Below are positions 32,437-42,800 of a stretch of 64,000 nucleotides of DNA, piece by piece. The translations under genes were made by a program, and so were the position numbers. The DNA comes from an uncultured Solirubrobacteraceae bacterium (lineage in GTDB: Bacteria > Actinomycetota > Thermoleophilia > Solirubrobacterales > Solirubrobacteraceae), in contig OY969799.1 of the NCBI GenBank assembly GCA_963703205.1, positions 2,228,032 to 2,292,031 on the forward strand. The letters are read 5' to 3'. The first letter of the stretch is position 1. Every line of letters starts with the position of its first letter. The notes beneath the pieces were generated by a model, which was given only the letters and a program-made list of their open reading frames with translations, was not told where the DNA came from and made no database searches.

Positions 32437-32865
32437 ATGCCGGAGCCAGTCCTGTTCAGAGACCGCTCACGTCCCGTGCAGATCCTGCTCGGCGGCGTGA
32501 TCCCGGCCGCGATCGGCGCCGGTGCCGGGATCCTGCTCGGCGTCTCGAGCACCTGGTACTGGGTGATCGCGATCATCGCCGCAGCCGGCGGCTTCCTGTC
32601 GGGCTTCGAGCACCAGGACGGCTGGGGCGGCGCCGACCGCGGGCTCGATCGCGGGCGCGATCTACGGCACCGCGCTGCTCGTCGCCCACGCGATCGCCGG
32701 GCACCCACGCGAAGGTCTCGCTCGGCAGCTTCCCGCCGCTGCTCGCCGTGGTCACGGCGATCGTCGGCATGCTCCTGGCCGGCTTCGGCGGGCGCCTGGC
32801 ACGCGCGCAGCGCGAGCGCGCGGCGGCGCGGCGAGGAGCCGCCGGCGGGCACGGTGGCGGGATGA
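32437..32865 (+). CDS. membrane hypothetical protein (apparent frameshifts)
   Basis: RBS GAGGAG; hydrophobic helices; SGFEH. Confidence 0.6.
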   Translation: MPEPVLFRDRSRPVQILLGGVIPAAIGAGAGILLGVSSTWYWVIAIIAAAGGFLSGFEHQDGWGGADRGLDRGRDLRHRAARRPRDRRAPTRRSRSAASRRCSPWSRRSSACSWPASAGAWHARSASARRRGEEPPAGTVAG

Positions 32866-33202
32866 GCGACGCCGCCGAGTCACCCGACGAGTACCACCTG
32901 CTGCTCGACCGCGAGGAGGTGCCCGTCGCGGCCAGCGCCGTGCGGCTGCTGCTCGCCGACGAGGCCGGCGAGGCCGACATCCGCGCGATCGCCCGCCAGG
33001 TGCTCGCGCTGCTCGAGGCGCCCGCCGACGAGCGCGGGCTCGTGACGCTGCCGCTGGCGCCGCCGCAGATGAAGATCACGCACAGCGCGGTGCGGCTGCT
33101 GATCAACGACCTGCAGCGCGGGCAGGCGGCGAGCGCGAGATCCTCTGGCGGATCGTCGGGAAGCTCCCCGACGAGCACGTGATGCGCGCGATCGAGCTGT
33201 AA
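32862..33202 (+). CDS. hypothetical protein (one apparent frameshift)
   Basis: MSDAAESPDEYHLLLDREE...; ATGA overlap with previous gene. Confidence 0.6.
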
Positions 33203-33217
33203 GCCGAACCGGATTCG

Positions 33218-33243
33218 GTTTGCGCGCGCCGGCGCCCGGGTAC
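33218..33243 (+). promoter_or_regulatory. SigB/SigF-type promoter motif
   Basis: GTTT-N16-GGGTAC, about 40 nt before RBS/ATG33285. Confidence 0.6.
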
Positions 33244-33284
33244 TCCGCGCCTGGGGCAGGGGCTCGGACTTCTCGGAGGAACAG

Positions 33285-34800
33285 ATGCAAAAGCTCGTCG
33301 GGGGAATGCTGGCGCTCGCGGCCGCGGGCGCGCTGATCACCGCGCCGGGGCGCGCGCGGCCGCGCCGCCGACCGAATTCGAACCGGTGCTCGAGGCGCAG
33401 AACTTCGCGATCACCCAGGAGCGCCAGGCGCTCTACGACACGCCCGAATACCAGGCCGAGCTGACCACCCAGAGCGCCGAAAACATGACCGAAGCGCTCG
33501 CCGAGCAGGCCGCCGATCCCGGGCGGCTGTTCAGCGACGACCTGTGCTGGAACGGCGGCAACGGCTGCGCCGGCGACGTGCGCCTCTACGACTGGCAGAA
33601 GAACGGCTACGGCCTCGTGCAGAAGGTGCTGTTCACGGCACGCGACGGCGCGACGCTGTCGGGGCGCGTGTGGGCGACGAGATCCGGTCCGAAGAAGCGT
33701 CCCGGGCATCGTCATCACCGACGGCTCGGTTCAGGCCGACGAACAGATGTACTGGTACGCCGCCCAGGCGCTCGCCAAGGACGGCTACATCGTTCTCACG
33801 TTCGACCCGCAGGGCCAGGGGCAGAGCGACACGCTCGGCCAGTCCCCCGACGAACAGGAGGGCGTGCCGGCGCAGAGCGACGGGCGTCCGTTCTACGACG
33901 GCACCGAGGATGCGATCGACTTCCTGCTGTCCTCCGCCAAGCATCCCTACGAGCCGGTGCCGAGCTGCGAAACCGGCACGAGCCACGCTGCGAAGCAGGA
34001 CGAACGCGTGGCCGCCGGGCTCGACGCCGCCTACGACCCCTTCTACAAGCAGCTGAACACCAAGCAGATCGGCCTGGCCGGGCACTCCTACGGCGCCGCC
34101 GGCGTCTCCTACATCGCGCAGTGGGACCCGCGCGTGAAGGCCGTCGTCGCCTGGGACAACCTCGGCGGCCCGGGGCCCGAAGAGGGCTCGGTGCCGAGCC
34201 AGCAGGGCGGCTCGCCGCCCTCCTCGAGCACGATCGGCGAGAAGGGATGCCCGGCCGATCCGGCCGATCGCACCGTCGTGCCGATCACCAAGCCCGGGCT
34301 CGGCATGTCCGCGGACTACGGCCTGCCGCCGCTGCCGAACACGGGCCTGCCGGAACCTCTGGCGAAGTCGACGTGGTCGCTGCAGCTACAGCGAAGCCGG
34401 AGTCGACAGCGGCGAGATCATCATCCGCGGCGGCTCGCACCTCGACTTCAGCTTCATCCCCAACCAGGCATTCGGCGCCTCGCTGCGCGGCGCCGACGAG
34501 ATCGACTGGTACACGTCGGCCTGGTTCGACAAGTACCTCAAGCACGAGGCCTCGGCCGACAAGCGGCTGCTGAGCGAGCGCTGGCGCGAAGACCCCGTCG
34601 AGGCGGAAGTGGACCCACGCCACGACGGCAACGCCTTCTCCTTCTACTACCTCTCGCGGCTGGACATCCACCTGCACAACGGGGCGCGGTGGGACTGCGA
34701 GGACCTGCGCGAAGGCTGCGCGGGGATGGTGCCGACGCGTAAGGACGGCTACGCCGGGAGCTACTCCTACATCGCGCTCGACACGAGCCCGGACGGCTGA
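33285..34800 (+). CDS. secreted alpha/beta hydrolase (apparent frameshifts)
   Basis: Signal peptide; TFDPQGQGQSD, GLAGHSYGA nucleophile elbow, RGGSHLDF. Confidence 0.8.
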
Positions 34801-34874
34801 TCGGCCGCGGGCGCCGAGGCTCCTCGCCCGCACAGGGCGCAGTAGCATCCAGCGTCTAGCGAGGGAAGGAAGCG

Positions 34875-36137
34875 GTGGCGGCGCAGGCGGACAGGACGGC
34901 TACCGGGACGGTGGGCGAGCTCGACGGCGTGCTCGTGATCGAGCCTTCGCGATGGCGGGACGGCCCCCCGCACGAGCTGTTCCGCGAGCTGCGGGGCCGC
35001 TGCCCGGTGCACTGGTCGCCCGAGATCCCCGAGTTCCCCGAGCAGGACGGCTTCTGGTCGGTGACCAGGGCGCAGGACATCGAAGCGGTCTCGCGCGATT
35101 GGGAGACGTACTCCTCCGAGCTCGGCGGGATCACCGCGTTGACCGGCTCGGTGATGCCGCTGGAGCTCGTGCGCGCGATGTTCATCGGCATGGACCCGCC
35201 CAAGCACGACCGCCTCAAGGCGCTGTTCCAGCGAGGCTTCACCCCGAAGCGGATCGCCGATCACGAGCCGGCGATCCGAGCGATCGCCTGCACCACGCTC
35301 GACGCGCTGATGGGTCGGGAGACGTGCGAGCTCGTCGGCGAGGTGGCGCAGCCGATCGTCTCTCGGGTGATCGGCAGCTTCATGGGCATTCCGCCCGAGG
35401 ACGATGCCGTGTGGGCGCGCCTGATGAACGCCACGATGGGAGCGGCGGACCGAGACCTCAACCCGGGCGGACCGGAGTCCGTGGCGGCCCGTGAGATGCC
35501 GGAGATCTTCGCGCGCTGCAGCAAGCTGATCGCGGCGCGCCGGGCCGCGCCGGCAGAGGACCTCCTCAGCGTCCTCGTCCACGCCGAGCTCGATGGCGAG
35601 CCGCTCAGCGAGCGCGAGATCGTGATGGGGTTCATGCTGCTCGTAGCCGCCGGCAACGACTCCACGAAGGCGACCTTCTGCAGCGGCATGCGCGCGCTGA
35701 TCGAGGACGACGAGCAGCGCGCGATCGTGCTCGCGGACCCCTCGATGCTCGACGGGCTCGTCGAGGAGTCGCTGCGCATGTTCCCCGCGTTCGCGCACTT
35801 CCGCCGCACGGCCACGCGCGACACCGAGCTGGCCGGCCGCAGCATCCGGCGGGGCGAGAAGGTCGTGATGTGGTACGCGTCCTCCAACCGCGACGAGGCG
35901 CTCTACGAGGAGCCCGACCGATTCGACGTGCGACGGGGCGCGGAGCACCAGGCGTTCGGTGCCGGCGGCCGGCATTTCTGCCTGGGCACCGCCCTCGCCC
36001 GCCTGGAGCTGCGGGTGATGTTCGAGGAGACGCTCGCACGCTTCCCGCACATCGCCCTCGGCGAGGAGCGCCCGCAGCACGCCCTCTCCCCTTGGATCAA
36101 CCAGCTCAAGACGCTGCCGGTGCGGCTGGGCGCCTGA
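34875..36137 (+). CDS. cytochrome P450
   Basis: MDPPKHDRL, AAGNDST, EESLR, FGAGGRHFCLG heme motif. Confidence 0.96.
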   Translation: MAAQADRTATGTVGELDGVLVIEPSRWRDGPPHELFRELRGRCPVHWSPEIPEFPEQDGFWSVTRAQDIEAVSRDWETYSSELGGITALTGSVMPLELVRAMFIGMDPPKHDRLKALFQRGFTPKRIADHEPAIRAIACTTLDALMGRETCELVGEVAQPIVSRVIGSFMGIPPEDDAVWARLMNATMGAADRDLNPGGPESVAAREMPEIFARCSKLIAARRAAPAEDLLSVLVHAELDGEPLSEREIVMGFMLLVAAGNDSTKATFCSGMRALIEDDEQRAIVLADPSMLDGLVEESLRMFPAFAHFRRTATRDTELAGRSIRRGEKVVMWYASSNRDEALYEEPDRFDVRRGAEHQAFGAGGRHFCLGTALARLELRVMFEETLARFPHIALGEERPQHALSPWINQLKTLPVRLGA

Positions 36138-36141
36138 GCGG

Positions 36142-37230
36142 ATGCGCGCCGACGGCCCGATCGCCCCGGAGGATCTCCGCGAGCGCGCGGAGCGGGCCGT
36201 GCTGCGGGCGGCGCTCTCGCTGCCGGCGCCGCTGAAGCGGCGCCTGGCGGGCCCGCCGACGCAGCGCGAGGGGCAGACGCTCGATCTCGACACCCAGCTG
36301 CTGCTGCGCCTGGACGAGCTCGACCCGGACCCCCCGCTGCGGGCGCTGACGCTCACGCAGGCCCGTGCGCAGCTGCGCCGCTCCGCCTACCTGGTGTCCT
36401 CGCGCCCCCAGCACGTCGCGGAGCTGCGCGAGCTCACGCTCGAGGGCGCCGGCACGCCGCTTCGAGCGCGGCTGTACGTACCCGCCGAGGCCGCGGCGGA
36501 CCCGCGCGGGGCACTCGTCGTCTACTACCACGGCGGCGGCTGGGTGGTGGGGGACCTCGAGACACACGACGGCGTCTGCCGCGCGCTGGCTCGCAGCTCC
36601 GGTGCGCGCGTGCTGAGCGTCGACTACCGCCTCGCGCCCGAGCACCCGTTCCCGGCGCCGGTCGAGGACGCGCTCGCCGCCCTCCGCGAGGCGGTGGCGC
36701 GCGCCGGCGAGCTTGGCGCGGATCCCGCGAGGATCGCGGTCGCGGGCGACAGCGCCGGCGGCCAGCTCGCTGCGGTCACGGCGCTGCTCGCGCGTGCGGA
36801 CCCGCAGCCGCCGGCGTTCCAGTTGCTGATCTACCCGGTGACCGACTGCGCGGAGACCTCCGCCTCGCGGTTGGCGTTCGCGCAGGGCTTCTTCCTCACG
36901 GCAGAGAACATGGACTTCTACGAGGAGAACTTCATCGGCACGGCCGACCGCTGGGACCCGCGGATCTCGCCGCTGCACGCAGACGATCTCTCCGGGCTCC
37001 CCCCGGCGCTCGTCGTCACCGCGGGCTTCGATCCACTCCGCGACGAGGGCGAGGCCTACGCGCAGCGGCTGCGCGAGGCGGGGGTACCCGTGCTCCTGCG
37101 GCGCCATGCCGGCTTCGTGCACGGCTTCACCCATTTCGCGATCGGCGGCCCCGCGCCGCGCGAAGCCGTGGCGGAGATCGGCGGCGTGCTGCGCTGCTCG
37201 CTCGCGGCCGGCGCGGTACGCGTCTCCTAG
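36142..37230 (+). CDS. HSL-family lipase/esterase
   Basis: HGGGW, YRLAPEHPFP, GDSAGG, DPLRDEG, HGF. Confidence 0.95.
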   Translation: MRADGPIAPEDLRERAERAVLRAALSLPAPLKRRLAGPPTQREGQTLDLDTQLLLRLDELDPDPPLRALTLTQARAQLRRSAYLVSSRPQHVAELRELTLEGAGTPLRARLYVPAEAAADPRGALVVYYHGGGWVVGDLETHDGVCRALARSSGARVLSVDYRLAPEHPFPAPVEDALAALREAVARAGELGADPARIAVAGDSAGGQLAAVTALLARADPQPPAFQLLIYPVTDCAETSASRLAFAQGFFLTAENMDFYEENFIGTADRWDPRISPLHADDLSGLPPALVVTAGFDPLRDEGEAYAQRLREAGVPVLLRRHAGFVHGFTHFAIGGPAPREAVAEIGGVLRCSLAAGAVRVS

Positions 37231-37246
37231 CCTCCGGGCCGGCCGC

Positions 37247-37771
37247 TCAGCGCGGCTCGTCCCCGCCCGGGGGCTGGTCTGGACCGCGGCCCTTGTGCGA
37301 GGCGGCACGCCGCATCGGGATCGCGAACCACGCGCCTCCGAAGGGGATCGCGGCTCCGGCCGCGATCGCGGCGCCCCAGCCCGCGCCGAACAGCTTCGTG
37401 CCCACCAGCAGCAGAGATCCGACCATCGCCAGCGCGAGGAACGCGAGGCCGACGATCACGGTCCGGTTGGCCGCGAACACGAGGCTGCCCTTGTCGTCGT
37501 GGCGGAACGTGAAGCGGTGGCGCGCTGAGGGCGCGATCATGCACACGGCGGAAGCGGCCGCGAGCAGCAGCGTCACGGTGTAGACGGTCTTCTCGAAGCC
37601 GTCGACGTGCGCGAACCCGGAGTTGAAGGGCACGACCAGCAGGAAGCCGAACAGGACCTGCACGCCGGTCACCACGACGCGCAGCTCGCCGGTCAGCTCC
37701 TCGAGGTTGCGGTCGAGCCGCTCGTGCTCGCTCTCGCCGCGGCGCGCGTCCCCACCCGAATGGTCCTCCAT
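37247..37771 (-). CDS. DUF6328-like membrane protein
   Basis: ERLDRNLEELTGELRVVVTGVQVLFGFLLVVPF. Confidence 0.82.
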   Translation of the reverse strand: MEDHSGGDARRGESEHERLDRNLEELTGELRVVVTGVQVLFGFLLVVPFNSGFAHVDGFEKTVYTVTLLLAAASAVCMIAPSARHRFTFRHDDKGSLVFAANRTVIVGLAFLALAMVGSLLLVGTKLFGAGWGAAIAAGAAIPFGGAWFAIPMRRAASHKGRGPDQPPGGDEPR

Positions 37772-37790
37772 TGCAGGCCGGATCGAGCAG

Positions 37791-38144
37791 CTAGGGCGCG
37801 GGGGACTCCTCGTCCTCGCGCTCGCTGCTCTGCTCGCGGTCGGGCTCGCCGTCGGCTCGCTGGGGCTGGGGCTCCTCGTCGCGGCCCGCGTGGTGGATGA
37901 CGGCATGGGCGGACTGCTGGTCGCCGTGGGAGGCGTGTTCGATCAGCAGCTCCTCGGCCTGCTCGAAGCCCTCGGCCTCGCCGCCGCCGGCCTCGTAGAC
38001 CGGCGCCATCGCGGGATCCACGTCCTCGAGGCCGGTGTCGACCGGATCCTCGGGCGAGGCGATGCCTTCGCCGCCGCCGATCGCCGCCGCTTCGCGAGCA
38101 GCCTTGCGCTCCTCTTCGAGCTCCTCGGGGGGAAGATCGCTCAT
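37791..38144 (-). CDS. acidic hypothetical protein
   Basis: EAAAIGG...DPAMAPVYEAGGGEAEGFEQAEELLIEHASHGD. Confidence 0.75.
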   Translation of the reverse strand: MSDLPPEELEEERKAAREAAAIGGGEGIASPEDPVDTGLEDVDPAMAPVYEAGGGEAEGFEQAEELLIEHASHGDQQSAHAVIHHAGRDEEPQPQRADGEPDREQSSEREDEESPAP

Positions 38145-38153
38145 TGCCCAACC

Positions 38154-38179
38154 ATACCCGGCGCCGCGGGAGGGCAATC
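38154..38179 (-). promoter_or_regulatory. SigB/SigF-type promoter motif
   Basis: GATT-N16-GGGTAT, 9 nt before ATG38144 (near-leaderless). Confidence 0.55.
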
Positions 38180-38281
38180 CGAGACGCCGAGACGGTCCTC
38201 GACCGGCGAGCGCGCGCCTTCGCGGCCATCCCGGCGTCGCCCCGGCGCGTCGGTCGCGGTGCGGCGGGTAGCCTCTGCCCC

Positions 38282-38782
38282 ATGACCGCCGCGAGCGAGG
38301 ACGGCGCCTTGGTCTGCGTCGTCGAGATACCGAAGGGCAGCCGCAACAAGTACGAGTACGACCCCGAGCTGGGCGGCGTGAAGTTCGACCGCCTGCTGAT
38401 GAGCGCCGCCACCTACCCGGCCGACTACGGGTTCCTGCGTGGCACGCTCGGCCAGGACGGCGACCCGCTCGACGCGCTCGTCTGCCTGTACGAGCCGACC
38501 TTCCCGGGCTGCCTGATCCCCGTCAAGCCGGTCGGCCTGTTCGACATGAGAGACGAGAAGGGGATCGATCACAAGGTGATCTGCGTGCCACTCCAGGATC
38601 CGTACTGGAACCACAACGAGCAGCTCGAGGACCTGCCGCTGCTGCTGCGCCAGGAGATCGAGCAGTTCTTCTCGATCTACAAGGAGATCGAGGGCGGCGA
38701 GGTGCAGATCGGCGGCTGGGGCTCGCGCGAGGACGCCGAGCGCGAGATCGAGCAGGCACGCCGCCGCCTGCGGGACGCCTAG
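38282..38782 (+). CDS. ppa: inorganic pyrophosphatase
   Basis: EIPKGSRNKYEYD, YPADYGF, DGDPLD, DEKGIDHK. Confidence 0.95.
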   Translation: MTAASEDGALVCVVEIPKGSRNKYEYDPELGGVKFDRLLMSAATYPADYGFLRGTLGQDGDPLDALVCLYEPTFPGCLIPVKPVGLFDMRDEKGIDHKVICVPLQDPYWNHNEQLEDLPLLLRQEIEQFFSIYKEIEGGEVQIGGWGSREDAEREIEQARRRLRDA

Positions 38783-39324
38783 CCGGGAAGCTGGCCGCCG
38801 CCGGCGAGGCCGCTCCTCGTCCGCGCCGGCTGCTCCGAGCGGGCGCGGGCGCGACCCGGTGCGCGCTGCTGCGGGCGGGCCTGCGGCGGGACGACGACGA
38901 CGGGGCAGTCCGCGTCGTGCACGACCTGCCGGCCCGTCGACCAGGGCATCCTGCCGGCGAGCAGCCCGGAGCGACCGCCGACGACGACCATCGCCGCCTC
39001 GCGTCCGGCCTCCAGCAGCACACGGTGCGGGGTGCCGCGCATCGCCCGGCGCTCGACCTCGACTCCATCGCTCGCCACGGCACCCAGCTCGATGTCCAGC
39101 AGCTCCTCGGCGTCGGCACGGCGCTCCGCGATCGATCGCGTCGAGGCCGACGGATGACCGGCGGGCGGCGCGATCGTTGCGGTCGGCCGCCAGGCCGTGA
39201 CAGCCTCCAGGCACGCCGCCCGTCGCCGGGCCTCGTCGATCGCCCAGGCCAGCGCCGCGCGCGAGGCCTCCGAGCCGTCGACGCCGACGACGATCCGCTC
39301 GCGCTGTGCGCCGGAGGCGTTCAT
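38779..39324 (-). CDS. universal stress protein
   Basis: IVVGVDGSEASRAALAWA, VVHDADCPVVVV. Confidence 0.9.
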   Translation of the reverse strand: MNASGAQRERIVVGVDGSEASRAALAWAIDEARRRAACLEAVTAWRPTATIAPPAGHPSASTRSIAERRADAEELLDIELGAVASDGVEVERRAMRGTPHRVLLEAGREAAMVVVGGRSGLLAGRMPWSTGRQVVHDADCPVVVVPPQARPQQRAPGRARARSEQPARTRSGLAGGGQLPG

Positions 39325-39337
39325 CCCTGGTTCGTTC

Positions 39338-39362
39338 GTACCCGCGGGCGTTGGCCGCAAAC
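39338..39362 (-). promoter_or_regulatory. SigB/SigF-type promoter motif
   Basis: GTTT-N15-GGGTAC upstream of usp. Confidence 0.65.
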
Positions 39363-39372
39363 GGCTGTCCGC

Positions 39373-40845
39373 TCAGCGCTGCGACTCCTGGCCGGGCGCG
39401 GTCCCGAGCGGCGGCCCCGGCGCGAGCGAGCCCGGCCCCTCCGGGCTGTCGGCGAGCACCTCGAAGCCGCCGTCCGGGGCGCGTGCGACGACCGCCCCGT
39501 CCCAGTCGCGCAAGGGATGCGTGCCGCTGCGCTGCAGCGCCCGGCAGATGCTGCGCACGACGAAGAACACGATCATCGGCAGCACCCACACGCCGGCGCG
39601 CCAGAAGTGGATCTGCTGCTGATAGGAGATGTGCAGCTGGAAGAAGATGCGGTCGGTCGAGCCGACCGCGAAGATGATCACGACCCAGCTCATGAAGGCG
39701 GCGCCGAAGGCCGTGCGGTTGGGCCGGTCGCGCGGGCGGTCGAGCAGGTCGTGGCGGCGGTAGTCGCCTGTGATGCGCCGCTCGATCGCCGGCCACGCGT
39801 ACATGAACATGAACACGAACAGCGGGAACAACGCGCCGCCCCAGAACGGGTTCGGGAACAGCGTGTGCCCGCCGATCACCGGCCCCTCCCAGTTGGGCAT
39901 CAGCCGCAGCGCGCCGATCAGCCAGCCGATGTACCAGTCGGGCTGGGCGCCGTTCTCCGACAGGTAGGTGTGGAAGGGCCCCCACTGCCAGATCGGGTTG
40001 ATCTGGATCAGCCCGCCGGCGAGGAAGATGATCGCCGCGACGCCGAACAGCAGCCCGAGCGAGCGCAGCGCGTACGCGGGCCAGGTCGGGGTCCCCACGA
40101 CGTTGCGCTCCTTGCGCCCCTTACCCGGGAACTGCGTGTGGTGAGCGCGCATGATCATCGCCAGGTGCATCGTGATCAGGATCGCGATCGCCGCCGGGAT
40201 CAGCAGCACGTGCACGATCTCCAGCCGCGGCAAGAATTCGGATGTGCCGGGGAACTGGCCGCCCCAGATCAGCGCACCCAGCTGGGCGCCGATGAAGGGA
40301 ATCGAGAGCACGACCGAGTAGGCGATCGCCAGCCCCATGCCGGACAGCAGGTCGTCGGCGAGCGAGTAGCCCGCGAAGCCCTCGAGCACCGCGAGCATCA
40401 GCATTGTCAAGCCGATCATCCAGTTGAGGTCGCGCGGCTTGCGGTAGGCGCCGGTGAAGAAGATCCGCATCACATGGACCACGATCGCCGCGATGAAGAT
40501 GTTCGCCGCCCAGTGGTGCGCCTGGCGGATCAGCAATCCCGCGGGCACGCTGAAGCTGAGGTGCACGACCGAGCTGTAGGCCTCGGACATCGTTTCGCCC
40601 TGCAGCGGGACGTACGCGCCGTGGTAGACGACCTGCGTGTCGCTGGGGATGTAGTAGATCGTCAGGAAGATCCCGGTGGCGACGAGGACGATGAACGAGT
40701 ACAGCGCGATCTCGCCGAGCAGGAAGCTCCAGTGGTCGGGGAACACGTAGCGCAGGAACCACTTCGCGCCGGTGCTCGCGCCGGCGCGTTCTTCGGCCAG
40801 GCGCAGCGTCTTGCGCATGCGCTTGTCCATCGGGCCCTGGGTCAC
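39373..40845 (-). CDS. qcrB: cytochrome bc complex cytochrome b subunit
   Basis: FPDHWSFLLGEIALYSF, RQAHHWAA, QPDWY, LLDRPRD. Confidence 0.95.
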   Translation of the reverse strand: MTQGPMDKRMRKTLRLAEERAGASTGAKWFLRYVFPDHWSFLLGEIALYSFIVLVATGIFLTIYYIPSDTQVVYHGAYVPLQGETMSEAYSSVVHLSFSVPAGLLIRQAHHWAANIFIAAIVVHVMRIFFTGAYRKPRDLNWMIGLTMLMLAVLEGFAGYSLADDLLSGMGLAIAYSVVLSIPFIGAQLGALIWGGQFPGTSEFLPRLEIVHVLLIPAAIAILITMHLAMIMRAHHTQFPGKGRKERNVVGTPTWPAYALRSLGLLFGVAAIIFLAGGLIQINPIWQWGPFHTYLSENGAQPDWYIGWLIGALRLMPNWEGPVIGGHTLFPNPFWGGALFPLFVFMFMYAWPAIERRITGDYRRHDLLDRPRDRPNRTAFGAAFMSWVVIIFAVGSTDRIFFQLHISYQQQIHFWRAGVWVLPMIVFFVVRSICRALQRSGTHPLRDWDGAVVARAPDGGFEVLADSPEGPGSLAPGPPLGTAPGQESQR

Positions 40846-40897
40846 CGCCGGGCCTCCACCGCCGCGCGCGCCTCGCCCGACGTGGCGCGGGCGCTCG

Positions 40898-41923
40898 TCA
40901 CGACTCGCTCCGTTTGACGCTCCACCAGGACGGGCCGACGTCCTCGTCGAAGCCGTGGGCGGCGCGCAGGTAGCCTTCGGCGTCGATCATCAGCGCCAGC
41001 TGCGGCAGCGCGCGGCCGGCGGGACCGAACACCACGCGGCCACCCTCGCCGGGCAGGAACGTCGAGTAGTGGCACGGGCACGTGAACGCCGGGCCGTTGC
41101 TGGTCGCCTGGTAGGTGGGATAGCGGTACAGCGAGATCGCACAGCCGGCGTGCGGGCAGATCTTCGAGTAGGCGACGATCCCCTGCGGGGCCCAGGTCCT
41201 GCGCTCCGGCGGAAGGTGCAGGTACTCCGGCTCGAGCTTCACGACCAGCAGCCCGGAGCCGATCGCCTCGGGATCGCCGTGCTCGGGGAGCGCGGTGTAG
41301 AAGCTGCCCGCCGTGATGTCGCTCGCCAGGTAGGGCGTCCCTTTGTCGTCGACGAGCCGCACGCCGCGATGCCAGGGGGTGTAGTGGAAGTCGTCGAGGT
41401 TCGGCCCGAGCGAGGCCAGCGGCGTGACGGCGGCGGTCAGCAGCCCGGCACCGGCGATCCCCGCGGCGCCGCCGAGCAGCGCGCGGCGGCTGATCCCCTC
41501 CCCACCCTGCTCGATGATGTCGGCGACTTCTTCGGCCTCCTCCTCCTTGAGCATCAGGCCGCGCTCCTCGACCTCGGTCTCCTGCGGCACGACCAGCTTG
41601 CCCGCCACGACGAGCGCGGCGGCGCACAGCGCCAGCGCGCCGCCCATCGCGAGGCCGAGCAGCTGCGTGTTGTGCCCTTCGACCGCGTAGACGGCCGTGA
41701 AGCCGAAGCCGAAGACCGCTGACAGCGCCAGCAGCGCCGCGACCACCGTCTCGGCACGGCGGTTGGCCGGCACGGTGCGCTCTCTGGGATCCTCCTCGGA
41801 CTCGAGCGCGGCCGGCGGCGGGGGCTCGGCGATTGCTCCCCGCAGGACTCGCAGTGCGACCAGCCTGCCCGCCAGCTTCGTCACGACCCGCAGCGCTCCG
41901 CGGCGGGGGTCCAATGGCGTCAT
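40898..41923 (-). CDS. qcrA: Rieske iron-sulfur subunit
   Basis: TM helices, internal SRRALL Tat motif, SKICPHAGC, CPCHYS. Confidence 0.93.
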   Translation of the reverse strand: MTPLDPRRGALRVVTKLAGRLVALRVLRGAIAEPPPPAALESEEDPRERTVPANRRAETVVAALLALSAVFGFGFTAVYAVEGHNTQLLGLAMGGALALCAAALVVAGKLVVPQETEVEERGLMLKEEEAEEVADIIEQGGEGISRRALLGGAAGIAGAGLLTAAVTPLASLGPNLDDFHYTPWHRGVRLVDDKGTPYLASDITAGSFYTALPEHGDPEAIGSGLLVVKLEPEYLHLPPERRTWAPQGIVAYSKICPHAGCAISLYRYPTYQATSNGPAFTCPCHYSTFLPGEGGRVVFGPAGRALPQLALMIDAEGYLRAAHGFDEDVGPSWWSVKRSES

Positions 41924-41933
41924 CCGATCCTCC

Positions 41934-42800
41934 TCATGTCGTTCGCTCGCCGATCACCCGCGCGAACAGGATGAGCGAGAACAGCAGCAGGAACCAGGCG
42001 ACCATCCCCTCGGGGATGGGCCCGATGTTGTAGATCCCCCACCCCCCTGCGTCCTCGGGGTGCTGGGTCCAGAGCACGTAGCGCGCCAGCGAGTTGAGCT
42101 GGTGCTGGTCGATCTGCTTGGTGTCGAAGTGCGGCATCAGGTACGGGCCCATGCGGACCGCCTCGGCGACCTCCCGGGCGGTCACGTGGAGCAGCGCCGG
42201 GACGAACGCGCCGATCGTGAGCCCGCCGCGTCCGACCATCTGGTGACAGCCCGCGCAGCTCAGGGTGAATTCGTGACGGCCGAGGTTGAGGTTGCCGTTG
42301 GCGGCTTGTGCTTCCGGCGCGGGCGGCCCGCCGAACGAGGCGACGAACGCCACGAGCGCGTCGATCTCCTTGCGCGTGTAGTGGGTCGGCGAGCGCATCG
42401 GCTGGTCGCGCGGGTTCTGCAGCGGCATGCGCCCGGTCGAGAGGTAGAAGTCGGGCGGGCCCGCGCCGAGCCCGATCAGAGAGGGCGCGATCCGCCGGCG
42501 CCCCTGCAGCGCGATGCCATGGCAGGAGGAGCAGCCTTCCCTGTAGAGCGTGCGCCCTTCCGCAACCAGCGCCGGCGAGCTCGGCAGCGGGGCGGTCAGT
42601 TCGCCGGGCGCCGGCGCGATCGGGCGCTTGTTCGGGAGGACGAGTTCGGAGGAGGCGCCGGCGCCCCCGGAGCTGGCCGGCGCCTGTCCCGCGACGAGCA
42701 GTGACAGGCCGAGCGCGGCGCAGGCGGTAGCCAGCGCGACGCGCAGCGGCGCCGGGGTGCGCGGGCGGCGACGCAGCCAGCGGCGAGGAAGCGAGCTCAT
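41934..42800 (-). CDS. qcrC: di-heme cytochrome c subunit
   Basis: CSSCH and CAGCH; TGRMP; GPIPEG C-terminal TM. Confidence 0.92.
   Translation of the reverse strand: MSSLPRRWLRRRPRTPAPLRVALATACAALGLSLLVAGQAPASSGGAGASSELVLPNKRPIAPAPGELTAPLPSSPALVAEGRTLYREGCSSCHGIALQGRRRIAPSLIGLGAGPPDFYLSTGRMPLQNPRDQPMRSPTHYTRKEIDALVAFVASFGGPPAPEAQAANGNLNLGRHEFTLSCAGCHQMVGRGGLTIGAFVPALLHVTAREVAEAVRMGPYLMPHFDTKQIDQHQLNSLARYVLWTQHPEDAGGWGIYNIGPIPEGMVAWFLLLFSLILFARVIGERTT

Noticed and set aside
23780-34400. Dense frameshifts in galT, galK, SDR, epimerase, photolyase, S4, GNAT, LLM and hydrolase genes, read as mass pseudogenisation or programmed frameshifting
   Set aside because: Single-base indels in GC runs across many unrelated genes with catalytic motifs intact, confined to one block; typical of low-coverage long-read consensus error. 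A read pileup would settle it.
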